Assembly: GCA_021813965.1 (NCBI GenBank)
Contig: JAKAJB010000002.1
Location: 1-32,376 of the forward strand
Reading direction: 5' to 3'
DNA length: 32,376 nucleotides
From: a bacterium
GTDB taxonomy: Bacteria; Patescibacteriota; Minisyncoccia; Phycocordibacterales; Phycocordibacteraceae
Translations under genes and position numbers: made by a program
In this document: piece after piece, positions 1-6,697 of the stretch
Layout: each line of letters starts with the position of its first letter
Numbering within the stretch: position 1 is the stretch's first letter
The notes under the pieces: model-generated
What the model saw: only the letters and a program-made list of their open reading frames with translations
What the model was told of the DNA's origin: nothing
Database searches by the model: none

Positions 1-75
1 GCACCGTATCCACGGCGAAAGCGTACGAGGCGAGGACACCTTAAGTCCCTGAAGAAACTGGCGAATCGCGCATGA
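1..75 (+). CDS. 3' end of an unidentified gene cut by the window edge (…APYPRRKRTRRGHLKSLKKLANRA*)
   Basis: Open frame from base 1 to TGA at 73-75, followed by a terminator-like hairpin. No family recognised. Confidence 0.35.
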   Translation, partial: APYPRRKRTRRGHLKSLKKLANRA

Positions 76-88
76 GAAGATTTCTTCC

Positions 89-116
89 GGCCTGTCCTTG
101 GATAGGCCTTTCATTT
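89..116 (+). terminator. Intrinsic terminator
   Basis: GGCCTGTCC-TT-GGATAGGCC hairpin followed by TTTCATTT. Confidence 0.6.
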
Positions 117-119
117 GCC

Positions 120-180
120 ATACTGCGCGCATGCATTTCACCATCCATACCGACGGGGGCTCAAGAGGGAACCCGGGGCC
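120..180 (+). repeat. Direct repeat copy 1: duplicated rnhA promoter-proximal bases and first ~17 codons
   Basis: 61 bp identical to 704-764. Reads MHFTIHTDGGSRGNPGPA, then diverges and stops at 212-214. Confidence 0.95.
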
Positions 181-268
181 GGCACCTCATTGCTCTTGTG
201 GCGGTATTTGCTAAAGTCTGACCGGAAGTTTTACCGCAGCTCAACATCACACTACTAAGGGGGTCTTT

Positions 269-652
269 GTGAAAATCAGAACACTTCTGTGGCTCAAGAA
301 GCATGACATTCGGCTCTTCGGTATTCCGCTGGAACAATTCCAAGAGCGCACCTTTCTCCGGTACATCGCCCCGGCGCGACTGCGCTTACAACTACGGCTC
401 GCTCGGATCGAAATGCGCTTCAACCACGGACACCCGGTGTACTCGTCTCATCCGTGGCTTCAGGTAGATACAGCCGCAGCAAGATATCTGAACGAGAACG
501 AATACTTCCAGTATCACAAACATCGCCACCGTCTTATCAAACGCGCGACACTCCAAGAGCAGGGGTACGACGTATGCAAGCGATTGCGCGCGAAGCCCGG
601 ATGGCTCCGCTTCTCGCGGCCGCTACGATCCGACAAGCACACGGGGTGGTGA
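269..652 (+). CDS. Orphan basic (Arg/His-rich) hypothetical protein, 127 aa; cargo of micro-island 1
   Basis: GTG start preceded by SD-like AAGGGGGT, TGcTAAAGT -10-like element near 209-217, own terminator at 669-697. No family recognised. Confidence 0.65.
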   Translation: MKIRTLLWLKKHDIRLFGIPLEQFQERTFLRYIAPARLRLQLRLARIEMRFNHGHPVYSSHPWLQVDTAAARYLNENEYFQYHKHRHRLIKRATLQEQGYDVCKRLRAKPGWLRFSRPLRSDKHTGW

Positions 653-668
653 ATCGGGATTTGATTTT

Positions 669-697
669 GCTCGTCCTTCGGGACGAGCTTTTTCTTT
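669..697 (+). terminator. Intrinsic terminator
   Basis: GCTCGTCC-TTCG-GGACGAGC followed by TTTTTCTTT. Confidence 0.85.
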
Positions 698-714
698 GTT
701 GGTATACTGCGCGC

Positions 715-1143
715 ATGCATTTCACCATCCATACCGACGGGGGCTCAAGAGGGAACCCGGGGCCTGCCGGCTCAGGCGCGATGATCCGCGACCATCTGGG
801 GAACGCGGTCGCGAGCGTGTCACAATTCCTCGGCATTCGCACCAACAATTACGCCGAATACGAAGCGGTCATCCTCGCATTCGAAATGCTCGCGAAACAT
901 GTCGGGGAGAAGAGAGTCGGCGCGACCGACGTCGAAGTGAAGATGGACAGCGAGCTCATCGTGAAGCAGATGAAGGGAGTATATAAAGTGAAGCACCCGA
1001 CTATGAAAGCCCAGTTCGCGCGAGTCATGAAAGCGAAAGAGGCATTCAAAGAAGTGTCCTTCACGCACGTCCCGCGCGCGCAGAACGCCGACGCCGACGC
1101 CCTCGCGAACGAAGCGATGGATCGCGGTTCGAATCCTAAGTAG
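715..1143 (+). CDS. rnhA: Ribonuclease HI family protein, 142 aa
   Basis: Motifs TDGGSRGNPG, TNNYAEY, MDSELIVKQM and HVPRAQNADADALAN. ATG 715 lies 6 nt after TATACT. Confidence 0.93.
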   Translation: MHFTIHTDGGSRGNPGPAGSGAMIRDHLGNAVASVSQFLGIRTNNYAEYEAVILAFEMLAKHVGEKRVGATDVEVKMDSELIVKQMKGVYKVKHPTMKAQFARVMKAKEAFKEVSFTHVPRAQNADADALANEAMDRGSNPK

Positions 1144-1200
1144 CCAGCCAGTTTTAGATGGATTCGGAGTCCGGCTGATTTCTTTTGCTACGATTTCTGC

Positions 1201-1263
1201 ATGGGTGCACTCATTGCCGTAACGACAGGATTCGCGAGCAGGGTTGGACTCCGCTCGCTTTTT
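1201..1263 (+). repeat. Diverged duplicate of the comEC 5' end
   Basis: 55/63 identical to 1909-1971. Preceded by TACGAT-N6-ATG, matching TACCAT-N6-ATG at the intact copy. Confidence 0.9.
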
Positions 1264-1286
1264 GTCTTTTGTCGTGTATAGTTTAT

Positions 1287-1375
1287 ATGTGCCTGTGGGG
1301 CGTCAGCCCTATTTCGGCTAATACATAAGCCGAAGGCAGGCATATCAAAACCACCGACCTCGCGTCGGTGTTTTT
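1287..1375 (+). ncRNA. Candidate small structured RNA (three-way junction plus terminator)
   Basis: TATAGT at 1277-1282; 10-bp outer stem 1287-1296/1336-1345 enclosing 5-bp and 8-bp hairpins; several G-U pairs on the + strand; terminator at 1352-1375. Confidence 0.5.
1347..1375. terminator. Bidirectional intrinsic terminator
   Basis: AAAAC-CACCGAC-CTCGC-GTCGGTG-TTTTT, just beyond the stop of the minus-strand gene at 1380. Confidence 0.8.
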
Positions 1376-1379
1376 GCTT

Positions 1380-1867
1380 TTAGTCATCCTCCGGGTTGCC
1401 CTTCATCGTGCTGTACAGTTTCATGTCGCGATACTTGTTCGTAGTCCATGCTGGCACGACGCTCCAGAAATGAAGCTGCCCGTTGTCGCCGATCTTCCGC
1501 AAGATCACTTTTATCTTGCGCCCGTCGATGATGGCGATGATGCCCCAATATTTCACCGGCTTACTCTTCCGTACTTTCTTCTTGAAGCTTTTCACTTCGA
1601 ATTCCTTGAGCGTCACTTCGTATTCCTGATATGTCGTAGAAAGCTAGAAAGCTCCGTGAGCCTGATCGCTATCGGCAGAAGCTTGAAGCGCAGTATCTGC
1701 GACGAGCGTTCACGCTCGCTTCGCGGACCCTTGAAAATCACGTGATTGAACCCTTCTGCGGTGAAATGTACGAGCTCGCCAAGCGCCGGGGAGTGGACCG
1801 GTCGCGTGCCGATATAAAACTTCTGCGCATCTTCGCGGAGCTTCTCGTAGTTGGAAACATCTTCCAT
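1380..1867 (-). pseudogene. Frameshifted ~159-aa protein, probable BECR-fold (PBECR/LPD3-like) nuclease; cargo of micro-island 2
   Basis: ORFs 1613-1867 and 1380-1616 join in frame (…LTELSTTYQEYEVTLKEF…) when one copy of TAGAAAGC (1637-1652) is removed. The VHFTAEGFNHVIFK…IKVILRK…HFWSVVP pattern suggests a BECR fold (inference). Confidence 0.75.
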
Positions 1868-1908
1868 ATCGAAAAAGTGTACACCCATCCTTGCGCTACC
1901 ATATACGG

Positions 1909-3528
1909 ATGGGTGCACTCCTTGCCGTAACGACAGGATTCGCGAGCGGGATATTTTTCCGCTCGCTTTTTCATTTCGGGTGGGAACCGGTGGCGTTTAC
2001 GGGATTGCTCGCCGCGCTTCTGGGCGCGGCGGCGTTTATGAAGCCGCGCCGAGTGTACTCGCTCGGCGTGGTGTTCTTTGTGCTCGTCGCCTTCGGGATG
2101 CTGCGCGCAGCAGATGCTGACGCGCCGCTCCCCGACGCCTTCGCGAGCCAAGTGCGGCATCGCGTGTCGTACGACGGGACGGTCGTTGCCGACCCTGATG
2201 TGCGCGATGCCAATCAGCGCGTCGAGATACGTGTCACGAGCGGCGCCGACACGACGACGGTGCTCGCGGTCGCGCCGCGCTACCCGAGCGTCGCAGTGGG
2301 GGATTCGGTGCACGTGTCTGGGACGCTCGAAGTCCCGCAGCCGTTCGCGGGCGACAACGGTCGCGTCTTCCGCTACGACAAATACCTCGAGCGCGACGGC
2401 GTGCGTTTCATACTCAACTTCGCCTATCTGCGCGTGACGCAGAGCGCGCCGTGGTATTCGCCGCCGGCGGCACTCGCGCGCATGAAGCACGCATTCCTCG
2501 ACGGTCTCGCCGCGACGCTTCCCGAACCGTACGCGAGCTTGGCGGGCGGCGTGGTGATAGGAGGGAAGACCGGTCTCGGGAAGGACCTACAGGACGCTTT
2601 CACGCGGAGCGGGCTCGTGCAGATCATCGTCCTCTCCGGCTACAACGTGATGGTCGTCGCCGAGTGGGTCATGGCGGCGCTCGCGTATATCAAACTCTCC
2701 AAGCGGTGGAGCTCGGTGGCAGGAGCGATTGCCATCCTCATCTTCGTCGGCATCGCGGGAGCCTCGGCCACGGCGCTGCGCGCCATGCTCATGGCATTCA
2801 TCGCGCTCTACGCGCGCGCGACCGGGCGCACCTACGCGGCGAGCCGCGCGCTCCTCGCCGCCGTATTCCTTATGCTCCTGTGGAACCCGCTCTACCTCGC
2901 ATACGACCCGGGCTTCGGGCTCTCGGTCGCCGCGACTGCCGGGCTCATCTGGCTCGCGCCAAATATAGAAAGACTGCTCGAAAACGTATCTTTGTGGAGG
3001 CGTATCAAAAAGCCCTCAGATGCGCGACGCGGGGAAGTGATTCCTGTAGGCGTACTACAAGGTACGACGGAAGGAATCACGGGGCCCCGCAACAAAGCAG
3101 ATGGGGCTTTGGGGTATGCCTCGTTCTGGAAGAATGCGATTGCGACAACCCTCGCTGCGCAGATCGCCGTTCTGCCACTCCTCCTCTACGACACCGGCAA
3201 CCTCTCGCTCGTCGCGATACCCGCGAACCTCATCACGATGCCGGTGGTGCCGGCCGCGATGGGGCTGTCTGCGCTCGCCGGGTTCGCTGGGATGCTCTTC
3301 GGCTCTTTCGCGCCGCTCTTCGCCATCGTGCTCGCGTCACCCGCCTACCTCGCGAACGCCTACCTTATATATGTCGCGCAAAAGGCCGCCGAACTTCCGC
3401 TCGCGGCCTTCACGCTTCCGTCATTCCCGTTCTGGCTCGTGCTTCTCGCTTATGCGGCGCTCATCGCAGCCGCGAAGCGCTTCTCGACGACCGGCCAGTT
3501 GAGGTTGGCGAGGAACGCTTCGACGTAA
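1909..3528 (+). CDS. comEC: ComEC/Rec2 competence DNA-uptake channel (OB/DUF4131 plus Competence domain, no fused MBL domain)
   Basis: Multi-TM protein with F…SGLVQIIVLSGYNV, SATALRA, WNPL…DPGFGLS and ANL motifs. ATG 1909 lies 6 nt after TACCAT. Confidence 0.92.
   Translation: MGALLAVTTGFASGIFFRSLFHFGWEPVAFTGLLAALLGAAAFMKPRRVYSLGVVFFVLVAFGMLRAADADAPLPDAFASQVRHRVSYDGTVVADPDVRDANQRVEIRVTSGADTTTVLAVAPRYPSVAVGDSVHVSGTLEVPQPFAGDNGRVFRYDKYLERDGVRFILNFAYLRVTQSAPWYSPPAALARMKHAFLDGLAATLPEPYASLAGGVVIGGKTGLGKDLQDAFTRSGLVQIIVLSGYNVMVVAEWVMAALAYIKLSKRWSSVAGAIAILIFVGIAGASATALRAMLMAFIALYARATGRTYAASRALLAAVFLMLLWNPLYLAYDPGFGLSVAATAGLIWLAPNIERLLENVSLWRRIKKPSDARRGEVIPVGVLQGTTEGITGPRNKADGALGYASFWKNAIATTLAAQIAVLPLLLYDTGNLSLVAIPANLITMPVVPAAMGLSALAGFAGMLFGSFAPLFAIVLASPAYLANAYLIYVAQKAAELPLAAFTLPSFPFWLVLLAYAALIAAAKRFSTTGQLRLARNAST
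2997..3122. mobile_element. 126-bp palindromic miniature element inserted in frame in comEC
   Basis: Nested inverted repeats GAGGCGTATC/GGTATGCCTC, AAAGCCC/GGGCTTT, GCGGGG/CCCCGC, GTGATTCCT/AGGAATCAC and CGTAC/GTACG. Encodes a 42-aa hydrophilic insert between TM segments. Confidence 0.75.
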
Positions 3529-4052
3529 TTCTTCTTCTCCGCCGGGACATAGTCCACCATGAAAGCGTGCTCCCAGAGATCGAGCGCGAGTACGATAGGG
3601 AGGCCGGCGAGCTGACCGAGCTCGTGATCATTCACGAACACGGTATGGAGCGTCTTCGCAGTAGGGTCCGCATAGACGATGACCCAGCCGATGCCGCGGC
3701 TGCCGGCGACTTCCTTTATATGTGCGATGAAGTTTTCGGCGCTGCCGTACTTAGCTTCAGCCGCCTGCGCGAGCGAGCTGCCCGCGTCGGGGGCCTGCGC
3801 GGCGCCCTCGAGCTGTTCAAAATAATATTCGTGCATACGCATGCCGTCGAACTCGAAGCCGAAGCGGCGGCGAAGCTCGTTGATGAGGTAGGCGTTGCCC
3901 TCGGCGTCAGCCGCCTTGAGCGCCTGGATCTTCTCCATGATGAGGTTCACGTGCTTCACGTAGCCTTCATAGAGGCCGAGATGCACTTTGATCTGCTTCT
4001 CCGAGAGCCCTTCGAGCACCGGCAGGTTGAATGTTTTTGTTGGGTACGTCAT
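3450..4052 (-). CDS. sod: Fe/Mn superoxide dismutase family protein, 200 aa
   Basis: Metal ligands in KVH, MHEYYF and DLWEHAFMVDY. The 3' end overlaps comEC convergently by 79 nt. Confidence 0.92.
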   Translation of the reverse strand: MTYPTKTFNLPVLEGLSEKQIKVHLGLYEGYVKHVNLIMEKIQALKAADAEGNAYLINELRRRFGFEFDGMRMHEYYFEQLEGAAQAPDAGSSLAQAAEAKYGSAENFIAHIKEVAGSRGIGWVIVYADPTAKTLHTVFVNDHELGQLAGLPIVLALDLWEHAFMVDYVPAEKKNYVEAFLANLNWPVVEKRFAAAMSAA

Positions 4053-4070
4053 AGAGCTAAAATGTACCAC

Positions 4071-4559
4071 ATGCCGCGACCTTTCTCAGCGGGATTCTAC
4101 ATCATCCTACTTTGCGGCCTCATCATCGCAAATATCGCTGTATATAGGGCCATGCTCGCGCCGCAGGTCCTCACCATGACCGTCTTCGACGTGGGGAAGG
4201 GCGACGCCGCGCTCGTGCACTCGCCCCGGGGACGGACGCTCCTCATCGACACCGGCCCGGATGCGAGCATCCTGCGGGCGCTCGGCGGCGCACTGCAGGA
4301 ATGGGACCGCACGATCGACGCGCTCGTCCTCACCGGCACCAAGGCCGCCTCCGTCGGCGGACTCTCAGATGTCGCTCTCCGCTATCACACACCGGCACCC
4401 GTGCGCTTCGGCGGCAAAGACATTCCCTACGGGACGACCGTCGCTTTCGATGCCGATGTTTCGATAACCGTCATCTCGCCCGGCACATTCGATGTCTCGT
4501 ATGGGACGACTCAGCTATCCGTCTCCTCCTCGACACCGCCCGGAACCTATCCGAAATGA
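4071..4559 (+). CDS. Stand-alone, shortened ComEC-type metallo-beta-lactamase-fold protein with N-terminal TM; metal motif degenerate
   Basis: FDVGKGDAALV…LLIDTG…IDALVLT matches the ComEC MBL domain, but HxHxDH is replaced by GTKAAS. ATG lies 7 nt after TAAAAT. Confidence 0.8.
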   Translation: MPRPFSAGFYIILLCGLIIANIAVYRAMLAPQVLTMTVFDVGKGDAALVHSPRGRTLLIDTGPDASILRALGGALQEWDRTIDALVLTGTKAASVGGLSDVALRYHTPAPVRFGGKDIPYGTTVAFDADVSITVISPGTFDVSYGTTQLSVSSSTPPGTYPK

Positions 4560-4596
4560 AAAGCCGCCGGCACTCGTGCCGGCGGCTTTTCATTTC
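4553..4596. terminator. Bidirectional terminator (21-bp perfect inverted repeat)
   Basis: GAAATGAAAAGCCGCCGGCAC-TC-GTGCCGGCGGCTTTTCATTTC between convergent genes. Confidence 0.85.
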
Positions 4597-4600
4597 ATTA

Positions 4601-4843
4601 TTAAATGACGCCTGCTTTCTTAAGAGCCGCGAATGCGCCGTTTTTCTTGATGGTCTTCAAGCCCTTCATCGAAACGTCGACGATGACGGTCTTCTCGAGC
4701 TCCGGCACGTAGATGCGGCGCTTCTGGAGGTTGGCCTTGCGGCGGACCTTCCCGGTCGGGTTGAACTGGGTCGCGCGGACGCGGTTGGAGTACCGCCCGC
4801 CTACCTGCGTGCTCTTTCCGGTGATTTCACAAGCTCGTGCCAT
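4601..4843 (-). CDS. rpmB: 50S ribosomal protein L28
   Basis: MARACEITGK…SNR…RRKANLQK…VSMKGLKTIKKNG. Confidence 0.95.
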   Translation of the reverse strand: MARACEITGKSTQVGGRYSNRVRATQFNPTGKVRRKANLQKRRIYVPELEKTVIVDVSMKGLKTIKKNGAFAALKKAGVI

Positions 4844-4882
4844 AGTCCCCGCATGGTAGCATAGGATACGAAACGAGCAACT

Positions 4883-5515
4883 ATGGCCACCATCCTCTCT
4901 TTCATCATCCTCATCATATCCATCATCGCCCATGAAGTGTCGCATGGTTACGCGGCAGACGCGCAAGGCGACCCGACCGCGCGCCTCGCCGGCCGCCTGA
5001 CCCTCAATCCGCTGCCGCATATCGACCTCATGGGCTCGATCGTCATCCCCGCATTCCTCGTATTCTCCGGTTCATCGCTCCTGTTCGGTTGGGCGAAACC
5101 GGTGCCGTACAACCCCTACAACCTGCGCAACAAGCGTTGGGGCGAGACGCTCGTCGCCGGAGCCGGCGCGGCGACCAACCTCTTCCTCGCCTTCATTTTC
5201 GGTCTCATCGTGCGTTTCGGCGCAGCGACCCTCCCGCCGGCAGCCATCTCGCTCGCGGTGACTATCACATTCGTCAATCTCTTCCTCGGCATCTTCAACC
5301 TGATCCCGTTCCCGCCGCTCGACGGCTTCACGGTGCTCCGGAGCGCGCTCCCGTGGCACCTCGCTTCCGGGCTGAACCGCTTCGAACAGAAGATGCGCGG
5401 CGCGGGGATACTTTCTCTCCTGTTTTTCCTCATCATCTTCTCCTATATTTTCGTCGGGCCATTTTTCAATTTCGTCCTATGGCTCTTCGGTCTCATCACC
5501 GGGGTGAGTGCTTGA
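4883..5515 (+). CDS. Site-2 protease (peptidase M50) membrane metalloprotease
   Basis: HEVSH and FNLIPFPPLDG motifs; GDPTARLAGRLTLNP. Confidence 0.92.
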   Translation: MATILSFIILIISIIAHEVSHGYAADAQGDPTARLAGRLTLNPLPHIDLMGSIVIPAFLVFSGSSLLFGWAKPVPYNPYNLRNKRWGETLVAGAGAATNLFLAFIFGLIVRFGAATLPPAAISLAVTITFVNLFLGIFNLIPFPPLDGFTVLRSALPWHLASGLNRFEQKMRGAGILSLLFFLIIFSYIFVGPFFNFVLWLFGLITGVSA

Positions 5516-5573
5516 AGCGCGAGTACACACTGTGACGCGCAGTTCCTCATGTGCGGCTGCTATACTATACGGA

Positions 5574-6020
5574 ATGGAGTACCAGGTACCGCAGTTCATC
5601 GAGGTCGAGGATAAGATCATCGGCCCGCTGACCTTAAAGCAGTTCATCTACCTCGCCGGTGCAGCCGGACTCGTCGTCGTATTCTTCTCCTACCTGCCTT
5701 TCATCGTCGCCGTCCTATTTTCCATCCCGGTCGCCGGGCTCGGCGCAGCGCTCGCATTCTATAAGGTAAACGGAAAATCTTTCGTGGAAATGCTCGAAGC
5801 GGGCTTCAATTATTACACCGGCAAGAAGCTCCTTCTTTGGAAATACACTGCTCCGACGGCGCAGGAGACGAGCGCGGCAGCGTCTGCGGCCGCGGCCGCA
5901 GACGCTGCCGCGCGGCCCGTGCGAGGCGCACCACGCCTCACGAGCGGGAAGCTCTCGGAACTCGCCTGGTCGCTTGACGTGAAGTCCTCGAGCAGCGAGA
6001 CGCCGAGACGAGCCGCATAA
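5574..6020 (+). CDS. PrgI family (VirB3-like) protein
   Basis: YQVPQFIEVEDKIIGPLTLKQF followed by two TM helices. ATG lies 7 nt after TATACT. Confidence 0.85.
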   Translation: MEYQVPQFIEVEDKIIGPLTLKQFIYLAGAAGLVVVFFSYLPFIVAVLFSIPVAGLGAALAFYKVNGKSFVEMLEAGFNYYTGKKLLLWKYTAPTAQETSAAASAAAAADAAARPVRGAPRLTSGKLSELAWSLDVKSSSSETPRRAA

Positions 6021-6025
6021 ACACT

Positions 6026-6664
6026 ATGCCGAACACCGCACAAGCAGGGAAAACGCAGCAATTCGTCCCCATAAAAGAAATACGAAACGGCACCATCGTC
6101 CTGAAAGACGGCGGCTACCGCGGCATACTTATCTGCTCCGCAATCAACTTCGGGCTCAAATCGGCCGAAGAACAGCACGGCATCATCCTCGGCTTCCAGA
6201 ACTTCCTCAACACGCTCGATTTCTCTATACAGATCGTCATCAATTCACGCCGCATGGACCTGCGCCCGTACCTTGCGCTCCTCCAAGAGAAGATGCCGGA
6301 CCAGAAAACCGAACTTATGCGCATCCAACTGCGCGAGTACATCGAATTCATCGGTTCGTTCGCCGAGCAGACGAACATCATGACTAAGTCGTTCTATATC
6401 GTCGTCTCCTACGCGCCGCATGTGACTGCCGCCGGCGCGGTGAGCTTCTTGCGCCAGGGAAGTGCGGCCACGAAGAGCGCAGCCGATGAAGCGTCCTTCG
6501 AAGAGGACCAGGCGCAGCTCGAGCAGCGTCTCTCACTCGTCGCTGCCGGGCTCGCAGGCACGGGCGTACGCGCCGTCCCGCTCGGCACCGAAGAAGTCAT
6601 CGAGCTTCTCTATCGCTCCTTCAACCCGGGCGAGCTTGAGAACCCTATCCGCCTTGAGGCATGA
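6026..6664 (+). CDS. TraC/VirB4 N-terminal-like T4SS protein
   Basis: TQQFVPIKEIRNG…INFGLKS.EEQ…FLNTLDFSIQI…LLYRSFNP; lies between prgI and virB4. Confidence 0.8.
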   Translation: MPNTAQAGKTQQFVPIKEIRNGTIVLKDGGYRGILICSAINFGLKSAEEQHGIILGFQNFLNTLDFSIQIVINSRRMDLRPYLALLQEKMPDQKTELMRIQLREYIEFIGSFAEQTNIMTKSFYIVVSYAPHVTAAGAVSFLRQGSAATKSAADEASFEEDQAQLEQRLSLVAAGLAGTGVRAVPLGTEEVIELLYRSFNPGELENPIRLEA

Positions 6665-6697
6665 GTTTTAAACTTTTAAATATTTAAATATCTCACC

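Noticed and set aside
454-714. N-terminal extension of rnhA in the ORF track (similar extensions on comEC, rpmB, pilB, tsaE, polA, holA, murE and ruvA)
   Set aside because: The extensions overlap other genes or terminators, and family homology begins at the downstream start next to a -10 box.
1287-1345. Hammerhead ribozyme, or 13-codon peptide (MCLWGVSPISANT), as explanations of the three-way junction
   Set aside because: No CUGANGA and GAAA core in the right positions on either strand. The ATG is only 4 nt from the -10 box and sits in the stem.
2451-4070. 702-aa ORF that appears to fuse the comEC region to the MBL domain
   Set aside because: It is an off-frame, Arg-rich shadow of comEC and antisense to sod. 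Only 4071-4559 looks like real protein, and no slippery site supports a programmed frameshift.
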